Assembly: GCA_965219415.1 (NCBI GenBank)
Contig: CBDCNP010000002.1
Coordinates: forward strand, 5,088,001-5,152,000
Length of the DNA: 64,000 nucleotides
Direction of reading: 5' to 3'
Source: Candidatus Marinacidobacterales bacterium
Lineage (GTDB): Bacteria > Acidobacteriota > Vicinamibacteria > Marinacidobacterales > DATDRI01
The notes below the pieces were generated by a model. That model had not been told where the DNA came from, made no database searches, and was given only the letters and a program-made list of their open reading frames with translations. A program made the position numbers and the translations under genes. Below are positions 54,167-64,000 of the stretch, in pieces. Each line of letters starts with the position of its first letter. The stretch's first letter is position 1.

Positions 54167-55538
54167 GAGCTCTTGTCAATAGGTGTGTAAAAAAGTTCAG
54201 GCAGCAGCAACCTTCGACGACTCCGTTACCCTGTCTCCATCTTCAAATCGAACGCCCAGGTGAACCTCTCGCATCAGCTCCGGTGCGTTGAGCCGGCGAA
54301 AATTCTTCTCCGCAACCAGAAGCAGTTTGAAGATTGTCGCAGTGGCGGACTCGATTTTCTTGAACCTTTTGGCCGCATCCGTTCTCAATCTCAGTGCAGC
54401 GAACGGTGATTCCACGACGTTGCTCGTGCGAAGGTGTTGCCAGTGAGGCTTGGGAAAGGAATAGAAGCTGACCATCCGCTCCCAGTCCTCGTCGAGCACG
54501 TGCGCGGCCCCCGGAAGACCCTTGCGCAAGCACCAATCCTGGAACTTGGCCTTCTTCGTCTCGCACTCCTGCAGGCTGGTGGGGTAGGGGATCGCCGTCA
54601 ACAGCGGCTTGGCCTGCGCCTGGTCCCTTTTCGGAATCCGGTCCAGTACGTTGAGGATTCGGTGGTTCCAGCACCGCTGCTCCTCAGCTTCTGGAAATAC
54701 GTTTCGGGTCGCGGCACAGATGCCGAGATGACCGTCACCGATCACCAAACGGGGACATCTCAGACCGCGCTTCTTCAGTCTCCGTAGCAGCGACGACCAT
54801 GACGCTTCGGATTCTCGATGCCCGGCCTCCAGCGTCAGGACGATTTTCGTCCCGTCGGACAGGCCACCAACCGCAACTAGCACCGCCGCCTTGTCCTTCT
54901 CAAGGCCGGCCTTCACGTACACGCCATCTACCCACAGGGACACGAGCTCGAGTTCGTCCAGTGGGCGAGCTAGCCACTGCTCGTACTCTCCCTGCCATTT
55001 CTGTTTCAGCCGCGACACCGTGCTGGGAGAAAGTGGAGCGTCCTCCCCTAGAAGCCCGCGGAGCGCCAAATCGAAATCTCCGTGAGCTAGTCCATGCAGG
55101 TACAGCTCCGGAATCAACTCGCTCACCGTTTCGCTCCGACGCTTGAACAGCGGAAGCACTCGACTTTCGAACCTCTCCTCCACGTCCCCTACTCTCGGCC
55201 GGCGAACCGTCACCGTGCCCACGCTCATCGTCAGCTTCCGAGGCTTACCGTATCCATTTCGATAGCCCGCCGTTGTGTCCACGGGCTTCCGTCTCTCCGA
55301 TTTCTCACGCCCGAGAAGCTCCGTGACTTCGGCTACCATCAGCTCCTGCACCCAATCCTGGATCTCGAGCCTCGCCCACTTCTCCAGCGACTCCCAAGCC
55401 ACCCTTGACGAGCTCCGTCGTCCTGTGGTCTTTTCCTTCATGGCGGTGTCTCCTTCCGTTGGCCCCTTCAGGCCGTGTTTCGTGACGCGGAAGGTTACTC
55501 CGCCTTTACTTTATTTCCACACCTTCTGAGGGTAGCTC
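54167..55538 (-). mobile_element. Complete IS256 element
   Basis: Imperfect TIRs GAGCT....TCA..AGGTGTG; 8-bp TSD AACGAAAG (54159, 55539). Confidence 0.93.
54197..55441 (-). CDS. IS256 transposase
   Basis: YRNG, WVDG, IGDG, QRCWNH and TSNVVES motifs. Confidence 0.93.
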   Translation of the reverse strand: MKEKTTGRRSSSRVAWESLEKWARLEIQDWVQELMVAEVTELLGREKSERRKPVDTTAGYRNGYGKPRKLTMSVGTVTVRRPRVGDVEERFESRVLPLFKRRSETVSELIPELYLHGLAHGDFDLALRGLLGEDAPLSPSTVSRLKQKWQGEYEQWLARPLDELELVSLWVDGVYVKAGLEKDKAAVLVAVGGLSDGTKIVLTLEAGHRESEASWSSLLRRLKKRGLRCPRLVIGDGHLGICAATRNVFPEAEEQRCWNHRILNVLDRIPKRDQAQAKPLLTAIPYPTSLQECETKKAKFQDWCLRKGLPGAAHVLDEDWERMVSFYSFPKPHWQHLRTSNVVESPFAALRLRTDAAKRFKKIESATATIFKLLLVAEKNFRRLNAPELMREVHLGVRFEDGDRVTESSKVAAA

Positions 55539-56286
55539 AACGAAAGTGGCACACAGAATCGGGCTACAGCAAACGGAGCAAAGTCGAGACAACGTTCCAT
55601 CGCTACAAGGCTATCGTGGGCTCAGCGATGCGAGCGAGAGGGTTAGCGGCACAGAGAGGTGAGGCAAGGATCGGGTGCAAGATTCTCAACACCATGACGG
55701 CGCTCGGGATGCCTGATAGCGAGATGATCGGATGATGGGAGTCGGGGCCAAGCGAGCTCTCGGCCTCTATCGGAGTTGTGCACCAAGGCACCAATAGTCC
55801 GAATCTGAACGCATACGCGGAAAGATTCGTTCTTTCCATACGTCAAGAGTGTCTTGACCGCTTCGTACCTCTCAGTGAGCGACACCTGCGGACAGCGGTA
55901 ACCGAATACGTAGTGCACTATCACACAGAACGGAACCACCAGGGTCTCGGCAACGAGTTCCTCACACCTCTGCCGGCAAGCGCGAATGACGCTGGCCCCA
56001 TCGTGTCGCGAGAGCGACTTGGGGGCATTCTCAACTACTACTGCCGTGCCGCGTAGATGGTTTGCTGGCGACGGTAGCCCCTCGGTGCGCTCGACCGGCG
56101 TAGCGTGGAAACAGCTTCAGGAACACGCTTCGATATTCGCTCTCGACTAGGAGGTCATCTGCATGGTGACGACCCGCCCGCCCAAGACGATTGTAAAGCC
56201 CATGGCCCTTGGCCCGGTCGTAAACACAGACACTAAGTTGCTGATTTATGGCCTATTTCAAAAGGGCCGAGTTTTGGCACAGGACG

Positions 56287-57143
56287 GGGTCGGCATCCAG
56301 GGTGTCAGCGAAGACTACGTTTGGTTCTCGAACTACGACGCTGAACACGGTCGCCTCATCACGCCCACTGAGATTCGCCGGAAACGGCCGGTGGCGGTGA
56401 TCGGCTGGGATGTTGCCGATCGATTGTTCGCTGGAGAGAGCCCTCTCGATAAATCCATAAGAATCGAAGGAGTACGTTTTCGGGTGATCGGCGTCGGCGA
56501 AAAAAGGGGAGTCGTCTTCGGACATTCTCAAGACGAGTTCGTCATTATCGCCCTGGGCGCTCACCGGAAGATCTTCGGTGCGCGACGGGGTCTCACTCTG
56601 ATGGCCAAACCCACGCACCCAAGCCTCATGCACCGGGCGATGGAGGATGCACTGGTGGCCCTGCGCATTCACCGCAAGCTCAAGCCGCGCGAAGACAACA
56701 ATTTCGGAATGTTCACCTCGGGTACTCTTCTCTCCCTCTGGCACGCCGCCACGTCGGGAATCTTTGCCGTTTTGGTCGGCGTCGTGGCCCTCTCGCTAGT
56801 GGTCGGCGGGATCGTCATCATGAACATCATGTTGATGGTCGTCACCGAGCGAACGCGGGAGATTGGCCTACGTAAAGCGCTCGGCGCCCGGCGGCGTGAC
56901 ATCATTTGGCAGATCCTGACCGAGTCCGTCACGCTCTCCATCGTGGGCGGCTTGATCGGCACTGCGCTCGGCTTTGCCGTGGCCCTGACGATCGAGCGGA
57001 CGACCCCGGTGCCGGCCGCCATCGAGCTCTGGTCGGTTGTTCTCGGAATCTCGATGACCGCGGTGGTGGGCCTTTCCTTCGGTCTCTATCCTGCCCTGCG
57101 TGCCGCCGGTTTGAGCCCCATCGAAGCCCTCCGAAGGGAATAG
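56287..57143 (+). pseudogene. MacB-like ABC permease, 5'-truncated
   Basis: GGIVIMNIM...[14 protein letters not shown]; cut by a family A end. Confidence 0.88.
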
Positions 57144-57147
57144 CTGA

Positions 57148-58428
57148 GTGACGATTCGCACCGCGATCTTCCGCGAAATCGCGTCTATGGCACTGGACAC
57201 TTTGCGGGCCAACAAGATGCGCTCCGCCCTGACCATCGTAGGCGTCGTCATCGGAATCACCGCCATCGTCGGGATGACCGCGTTGATTCGCGGCTTCGAT
57301 CGATCGCTCAGAGCCATGATCCAAGAGTTGGGTCCCACCACCATGTTTGTCGCCAAGTTTAGCGGCGTGAGCTTCATGTCAGGGCAGGACTTCATTGACC
57401 TGATTCGGCGCCCCAACCTGACGCCGGAGGACGCCAAGGTCATTGGGAGGCTTCCATCGGTTCGGTGGGTAGACCTCTGGTTGGGAGGCAACCTCGAGAC
57501 CGTAATGGAGAGGATCGTTTATCGCGGTGAGAAAACGAAGGCGATGCCGATTCTTGGGGCGTCAGAATACTTCGGCCAGGTTGGGTTTATTCCGGTGGAA
57601 ACGGGTCGGTTCTTTACCTCGGCGGAGGTGAATCACCGACGGGCGGTCGTCGTCCTAGGTCAGACGCCCTACCGGTCGCTCTTCCCGCTAATCGATCCTA
57701 TTGGAAAACAAGTGCGCATCGCCGGCCAACAGTACACGGTAGTGGGCATCTTGGCCGAACGTCCGAGCCTTGGCGGCTTCAATGCCGGGCAGGACGATTT
57801 CGTCGTCATCCCCTACACGAAGTATCAGAAGCAATTCGGCGTGCCATCGATGCGCATTCATGGCGGCGTCCACCGGGACGTGACGTTCGTTGTCGTTCCG
57901 CGTGATGGAGAACGCGATACCGCGATGAGAGAGATCGAAGAGATCATGCGGATCCGACATGGGCTCCGTTTGGACGAACCTAATGACTTCGACGTTGTCA
58001 CACAGGACGCGGCGCTGAGAGTGTGGGACCAAGCAACGCGGGCGATTTTCTTGGGGCTTGTGGTGATCTCATCGATCGCCTTGTTGGTTGGCGGTATCGG
58101 GGTGATGGCGATCATGACCATGTCAGTTACCGAGCGGACGAACGAAATCGGACTCCGCAAGGCGCTTGGCGCACGACGGCGGGAGATACTTTGGCAGTTC
58201 TTGATCGAGGCCGCCGCTCTGACGTCAGTGGGGGGTGTCCTCGGCGTTGTCTTCGGCAGCGCCATCGGGCTCCTCGTTCATTTCACTGTGAACTTTCCGA
58301 TCTCTCTTCCGTGGTGGTCCTTCGCATTGGGTCTCGGCTTCTCCGCGGGCGTGGGGCTCGTTTTCGGCATGGCTCCCGCGATCCGAGCCTCGCGACTCGA
58401 TCCCATCGAGGCCCTGCGCCATGAGTGA
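57148..58428 (+). CDS. MacB/FtsX-like ABC transporter permease
   Basis: [26 protein letters not shown] and [10 protein letters not shown] motifs. Confidence 0.93.
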   Translation: MTIRTAIFREIASMALDTLRANKMRSALTIVGVVIGITAIVGMTALIRGFDRSLRAMIQELGPTTMFVAKFSGVSFMSGQDFIDLIRRPNLTPEDAKVIGRLPSVRWVDLWLGGNLETVMERIVYRGEKTKAMPILGASEYFGQVGFIPVETGRFFTSAEVNHRRAVVVLGQTPYRSLFPLIDPIGKQVRIAGQQYTVVGILAERPSLGGFNAGQDDFVVIPYTKYQKQFGVPSMRIHGGVHRDVTFVVVPRDGERDTAMREIEEIMRIRHGLRLDEPNDFDVVTQDAALRVWDQATRAIFLGLVVISSIALLVGGIGVMAIMTMSVTERTNEIGLRKALGARRREILWQFLIEAAALTSVGGVLGVVFGSAIGLLVHFTVNFPISLPWWSFALGLGFSAGVGLVFGMAPAIRASRLDPIEALRHE

Positions 58429-59183
58429 GCTTCTTTGACGGCAGGAGCGCCAGTTTGAGCCTCATCGAAACGCACGGGCTATGGAAAACCTACCCGATGG
58501 GCTCGGTGGAGATCCACGCTCTGCGCGACGTGGAACTGCGTGTCGAGACCGGCGACTATGTTGCTATCATGGGACCTTCCGGCTCCGGAAAGTCAACCTT
58601 CCTGAACCTTCTCGGTTGCCTAGATACGCCAACTCGGGGCCGGTACGCGCTGAACGGGCGTGACGTGAGCTCGATGAACGAAGATGAGTTGGCGCTGGTC
58701 CGTAACGAGGAAATAGGCTTCGTCTTCCAGACATTCAATCTGTTGCCGCGCGCTACCGCGTTCCACAATGTCGAATTGCCTCTTATTTATGCGGGGGTGC
58801 CGCTAGAGGGGCGCCGCCAACGTGGTCTCGAGGCTCTCGAGAAAGTAGATCTCGCCGACCGGGTCGAACACCGCCCCAACGAGCTTTCGGGCGGAGAACG
58901 CCAGCGGGTCGCCATCGCGCGGGCCCTCGTCAACAATCCTTCGCTGCTTCTCGCCGATGAACCTACCGGCAACCTGGATTCGAAAACCGGGCAAGAGATC
59001 CTTGCCGTCTTGGACAAGCTTCACGAGGACGGGCATACGTTGCCGGTGGTTACACACGAAAGAGACGTAGCTGCCAGGGCTCGTCGCATAGTCCATTTGA
59101 AGGACGGCTCCATCGAGTCGATCGAGGTCGTCGAGTCGAACGGTTCGAGACAGGCCGGCGCGAATCCGTCGAGTTCTACCTGA
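58425..59183 (+). CDS. ABC transporter ATP-binding protein (LolD/MacB type)
   Basis: [17 protein letters not shown] and ADEPTGNLD motifs. Confidence 0.95.
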   Translation: MSFFDGRSASLSLIETHGLWKTYPMGSVEIHALRDVELRVETGDYVAIMGPSGSGKSTFLNLLGCLDTPTRGRYALNGRDVSSMNEDELALVRNEEIGFVFQTFNLLPRATAFHNVELPLIYAGVPLEGRRQRGLEALEKVDLADRVEHRPNELSGGERQRVAIARALVNNPSLLLADEPTGNLDSKTGQEILAVLDKLHEDGHTLPVVTHERDVAARARRIVHLKDGSIESIEVVESNGSRQAGANPSSST

Positions 59184-59701
59184 TGATGCGGATTCCCCGA
59201 TCCGGCGGATACGGGAACTCGATGCGGCGCGGGGTGACGACGGCACCAACATGGAAGGCGATGTACATGTGTTTACCCTTGCCCCATTTCTACAGGTACT
59301 TCTTGGTGGGCACTATTTTGTAGGGATACAAGATTTGCAACAAAATCGCCAGTAAAGACACGGGTTTTATGCAAAGCAGCCGAAATCAACGCATTTTTTC
59401 CGGCAAATGATTGGAAACAAACGATCGGGTGCTTGCGCTGTTTGCCGTTGGTGATGTGTACGTATCCCTTTGCAAAAAAAGTGCTTACGCTCTATTTAGC
59501 GCGCGGCGAAGGTCGTGAGCACTATTTTGGCTGTAATTTAATGCAGCGTAAAGTCTTAGCGTCATCTCACCAACACTTAATGGCGGAAGCACCGCTTAGC
59601 GAGAAATAGGCAGGGTCCGCACAAACGCGTGCGTTACGAGTGGCATCCAGCCCGGTGACCCAATTCTGGCACTGGGTTTTTCCAGAACGGGAGAGGAAAT
59701 C

Positions 59702-60026
59702 ATGAGCGCAAAGTCAATGGAGATTAGGAGAGCTGCCGACGAGGAGTCGGTCGGAGAGTGGGGATTTCTGGCGTGGGTACTCTGGCCTGTTGCACTTCTC
59801 GTTGTCCTACATTCGGTCTCCGAAAATGCCGGACTCGATGCTCGAATCACTTGAGAAAGAAGGCATCGGTGACACCGAGATCTCAGCGCTGGAACAGGCA
59901 TACGTGAGACGTCTGAAGGGACGCCAGATCAAAGCTGCCTGGATAGGAACTGGGTTGTCCTTTGCAACGGTCGTCATTTTTATGATCATTGCGCCACAAG
60001 TGTTTTTAGGTAGGCCTCTAAGCTGA
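59702..60026 (+). pseudogene. Small membrane protein, frameshifted near 59800
   Basis: GGAGAGG RBS; two hydrophobic segments in different frames. Confidence 0.4.
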
Positions 60027-60429
60027 TGCTCACGATGGTGGTGTGCGTCATCGCCTCGATCGCATGACCCGTACCGCCAAGCGTCTCCGCCAGAAGCTCA
60101 CGTGCCTTGGTTTATGTCTGCCGTGCGAGGTTCATATTAAGCGCACGTAGGGGGTGCTTGCGCTGTTTACTGTTGGTGACGTGTACGTATCCCGTTGCAA
60201 AAGAGTCGCTTACGCTCTATTTAGCACGCAGCGAAGGTCACGAGCGCTATTTTGGCTGTAACTTAATGCACCGTAAAGTCTTAGCGTCATCTTACCAACA
60301 CTTAATAGCGGAAGCACCTGCGGACGGATCAGGATCGGCGCTCCCGTCCTGTGCCAAAACTCGGCCCTTTTGAAATAGACCATAAATCAGCAGCTTAGTG
60401 TCTATGGTGCGCTCCCGTGAACGGCTTGG

Positions 60430-60527
60430 CGGTAGTAGACCCGCCGTCCCTTCTGTGCCGCGGCGATCGCGAGGCTGATCGCGAGATGGGTCTTACCGAC
60501 GCCGGGCGGTCCCAACAGAACGACGTC
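60430..60527 (-). pseudogene. istB: IstB Walker A fragment
   Basis: VVLLGPPGVGKTHLAISLA. Confidence 0.75.
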
Positions 60528-60726
60528 AGCATCTTGGTTGTAGGCAGTTCGCCAATCTCATACAGCTCGAGTTTATGGAAGGGACAGGTAGCTCGCCAAC
60601 ATCGTGGTTCCACCATCCGCATCGTTGACGGCGGACGCCGGTGTCAAACCGTAGACTTTGCAACGAGTTATCCATCTGGAGCTCTTTTTTGCGATGGTGG
60701 CCGGAAAACGTTCCTATAATGGCGGT

Positions 60727-60957
60727 ATGGGAAAGCTTCTTTTGCTGTTCATCATCGTCCCCGCCGTGGAACTCGGTCTTCTCATCCAAGCGGGAATCTA
60801 TCTCGGTACGTGGCCGACGCTCGCGTTGATCGTCTTCACCGGCATCGTGGGCGCGTATCTGGCACGGCGGCAAGGTTCTCGGTTTGGACCCGCGCTGAGG
60901 AGCAGATGGACCGTGGCGAGTTCCCCGCGGGCTCGCTCGCGGACGGCGTCATGATCC
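60727..60957 (+). pseudogene. fxsA: FxsA family protein, 3'-truncated
   Basis: LLLLFIIVPAVEL...TGIVGAYLARRQG; cut by the family A right end. Confidence 0.8.
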
Positions 60958-62380
60958 CGTCCTGTGCCAAAATTTGATCCACATGCAAACGTTACAAGCG
61001 AACAGTTGACGCGGCGTGGGCGGTGAGGCCCGCGACAACCATTGAGCAGAGCTACCCTTTGGACGGGTCGTCACCTTGCAGATGACCACCTAGTCGAGAG
61101 CGAATATCCAAGCGTGTTCCTGAAGCTGTTTTCACGCTACGCCGAGCGGGCACCGAGGGGCTACCGTCGCCAGCGACCATCTACGCGGCACAGCAGTAGT
61201 AGTTGAGAATGCCCCCAAGTCGCTCTCGCGACACGATGGGGCCAGCGCTATTCGCGCTTGCCGGCAGAGGTGTGAGGAGCTCGTTGCCGAGACCTTGGTG
61301 GTTCCGTTCTGTGTGATAGTGCACTACGTATTCGGTTACCGCTGTGCGCAGGTGTCGCTCACTGAGAGGTACGAAGCGGTCGAGACACTCTCGACGTATG
61401 GAGAGAACGAATCTTTCCGCGTATGCGTTCAGATTCGGACTGTTCGCTGGAAGGCGGAGGGGCTTCACACCTGAATCTCTCAAGAGCCCACGTACCGCCT
61501 CGGTGAATAGCGGGTCCCGGTCGTGGATAAGGTACCGCTTGCCAAGGAGGAAACCATCCCACAGGTCAGTGAGGTTTCTTGCCGCCTGCTTCATCCACTC
61601 CCCGTTTGGGTCCGAGGTCATCCCACCGATGCACACGCAGCGAGTGGCGATATCGATGACAAACAGGACATGGTAGCGGACGATCCCGAACGGGTTCACC
61701 ACCTCGACGGTGAACAGGTCTGTCGCAGCGATAGCGCCCCAATGAGCCTTGAGGAAAGTGCTCCACGACATGCTCTTGCCCCGCTCCGGAGCCGGCGCGA
61801 TACCGTGCTCGGCGAGGAGCCTCTTGAATGGTGTTGCGTCCGAGTTCATGTCCGAGGTTCTTGAGTGCACCCCGCAGGCGCGTATATCCCCACGTCGGGT
61901 TCTCCTGCGCCACGCGCACAATGAGCTCACGGATGTCCTTCGCCGTGGGAGGTCGGCCTGGGCTCCGGTTCTTGCTGCCATCGTACTTGGCTGCGATGAG
62001 GTGGCGGTACCAGCGCAGGAGCGTAGCGGGTGTGGCAACCGACGCAATCTGGGCCAGCGCCTCGCGGCCTAAAGCTTGGGCCTTGACCGCGAGCCTGCGC
62101 CGGTCGTCGTCCGAGAGCCTGAGACGCTTGCCCCGAAGCCCGGCTCGGAGCACACGGTTCTCCTCTTGCTGGTAGTCGATCACATCCTGCTGCTGGCGGT
62201 TGACCCAGCCAGCCAGAACGAGCAGTAGGAATTGCACGTGGTAGGTCATCATAGGTCTGAAGATAACACCCTCGGGCCAGACGATTGTAAAGCCCACGGC
62301 CCTTGGCCCGGTCGCAAACACAGACACTAAGCTGCTGATTTATGGCCTATTTCAAAAGGGCTGAGTTTTGGCACAGGACG
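60958..62380 (-). mobile_element. Full-length family A rve element (CDS 61181-62252, one frameshift)
   Basis: TIR CGTCCTGTGCCAAAA at both ends; no TSD. Confidence 0.88.
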
Positions 62381-62598
62381 GGAGCGCACCGTGCGCTCGG
62401 GACTGAGGTAACTACTCGTTGCGCAGGACCAACTCCTCATCCACGGACCCTGAGATGTAGCTCACCATGGTATTCCAGTCCATCGCGACCCCTTCCGCTG
62501 AACTGGAATACGTATCCGACCGCGATGGCGGATTCAAGCGGTCTTTGGAAAGGTGCAAACTGTTGACCCGCTGGGCGTTCGAGTATTTTGACCAGACG

Positions 62599-63249
62599 GG
62601 GACTGTCGATCTGTCCGACAAGCGATGCAACCCGCGATGAATCGCGGGATCTTTTGCTCGTCAGCTCGCCGGCGACGACTTCGCCACTCTGCTCGTCGAC
62701 ACACAGATGGAGCTTGCGATAGTCCCTGCTCTTTTGTGCTCTGCGCAGCTGGCCGGCGTGGACAGCGAGACCGCTGCTGTCGATCAAGATGTGCAACGGC
62801 GTCTTCTGCTTGACTGGGTAGAAGGGGACCTTACCCAGCTTCGGCTTGCGCCTCGAGATCGTGGTGTGATCGGGCACATCATTGTCTAGCTTCATCAGAG
62901 CGAACAACGACCGCAGCAATCCCTCGCTCTGCCTAGATGACAGATGAAACACCATGCCCAGGGTGACAGCCGTCTCGATGGCGTGGTTCGAGTACTTGCG
63001 TTGACGGCCCGGTTTCCTCCTCCTTGGCCGGGGCGCGTCCCAGTTCACAAGCTTGCCGGCGGTGAGCGAGATCCAGACGGTCAGGCTCCCGCGGTTGCGT
63101 AGACCCGCCTCATATTCACACCAATTCCTCACGCGATAGGCCTTCTTCACATACTTCCGCTGAGTGCGTTTGAAAATGCTCATGGGGAACCTCGTATCCG
63201 CGAGTACAGGACAATTGTGGACCGAGATCGCGAGTTGTGCACCAAGGCA
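62599..63249 (-). mobile_element. Truncated second IS5/IS903-like copy
   Basis: Near-identical to 53324-53975; cut by a family D end. Confidence 0.88.
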
Positions 63250-64000
63250 GAGAAACGACAGAGTTCAGGAGCGAGCTGTTGCCCCGGTACGCGCGCCGGA
63301 CTCGTGGGTCGACGAGGCGCTCTTGGGGACGTACTTGTCGGGCGCGAATAGCCGCCGGATCCGCAAAGCGCTGAAACCACTGCTCGGTGAGGAGCACCTA
63401 TCGAAGAGCGCGGTGTCTTGCGTGGTTAGCCGGCTGAAGGAGCGCTTCGAGGAATGGCAGAACCGTGCTCTCAGCGAGGAGGTCTACGCGATCGTTTACC
63501 TGGACGGCTTCCACCTGAAAGTGCGGATGGCGAAACGTGTGATCAGCGTACCCGTACTGGCCGCGCTCGGGGTCGCGCCAGACGGGCACAAACGTCTGTT
63601 GTCATTGCGTCTGGCGGTGAGCGAAGCCTCGACGCATTGGGGCTCCGTGCTGGAGGGACTCCAGGCTCGAGGACTCCGGGCTCCCAAGCTAGTGATCAGC
63701 GACGGCCACAAGGGGCTGACGAAAGCGCTGGAGAAGTGGCCGGGGTGCCGGTTGCAGCGATGTACCGAGCACAAGCGCGCCAACTTGCTCCAACATTGCC
63801 CGGCGCACGCACGCCGTGAGCTCCGGCGTGACTACAACCGGATCGTCTACGCCAAGAACGGGTTCGATGCTCGCAAAGCCTATGACGAGCTCGTCGCCAA
63901 GTGGACGCCTCTCGCGCCGGCCGTCGTCCGAAGCCTAGAGGAGGCCGGTAATCAGCTGCTGACCTTCTACGAATTCCCTCGTGCCCATGTGGAAATCGAT
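63250..64000 (+). pseudogene. IS256 transposase fragment (5'-truncated, runs off window)
   Basis: LSKSAVS, VYLDG, ISDGHKGL, QRCTEHK and LLTFY motifs. Confidence 0.85.

Larger units (their letters stand above)
53324..55790 (+). mobile_element. IS5-family (IS903-like) element, CDS 53390-55735, interrupted by IS256
   Basis: TIR TGCCTTGGTGCACAACTC; NW.EY..GL..RGSLT, PDHTT, DSSG, ADTAYD and Y.KRS.VET motifs. Confidence 0.9.

Noticed and set aside
951-62380. Recurrent repeats as a CRISPR array
   Set aside because: Irregular spacing, both orientations, no cas genes; they are transposon termini
1-64000. Integron cassette array
   Set aside because: No tyrosine integrase, no attC-like RYYYAAC..GTTRRRY pattern noticed, genes in mixed orientation

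Overview
GC-rich bacterial window dominated by mobile-element debris: IS21, IS256, IS3, IS5/IS903-like, IS1-family and IS110/IS1111 elements, several rve-type (integrase-core) DDE elements with unusual CGT termini, their MITEs, and a group II intron 3' remnant. About a dozen unrelated intact genes sit as single-gene islands bounded by orphan element ends: pyruvate kinase, MmeI-like RM enzyme, serine recombinase, HsdM-S fusion, DUF3644-like protein, SPFH protein, TolB-hydrolase-cyclophilin fusion, bacilliredoxin, amidohydrolase, Ski2-like helicase and ABC transporter genes. Many other genes are cut exactly at such ends, and target-site duplications are almost absent. Top finding: two near-identical IS1111-type IS110 copies sit at the same TG/CA dinucleotide inside the terminal inverted repeat of an IS1-family element. 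Their 3' non-coding region contains two stem-flanked internal loops matching that target and the element's own circle junction, i.e. a bridge-RNA-like guide programmed against another transposon's ends. All calls come from manual reading; no database searches were run.
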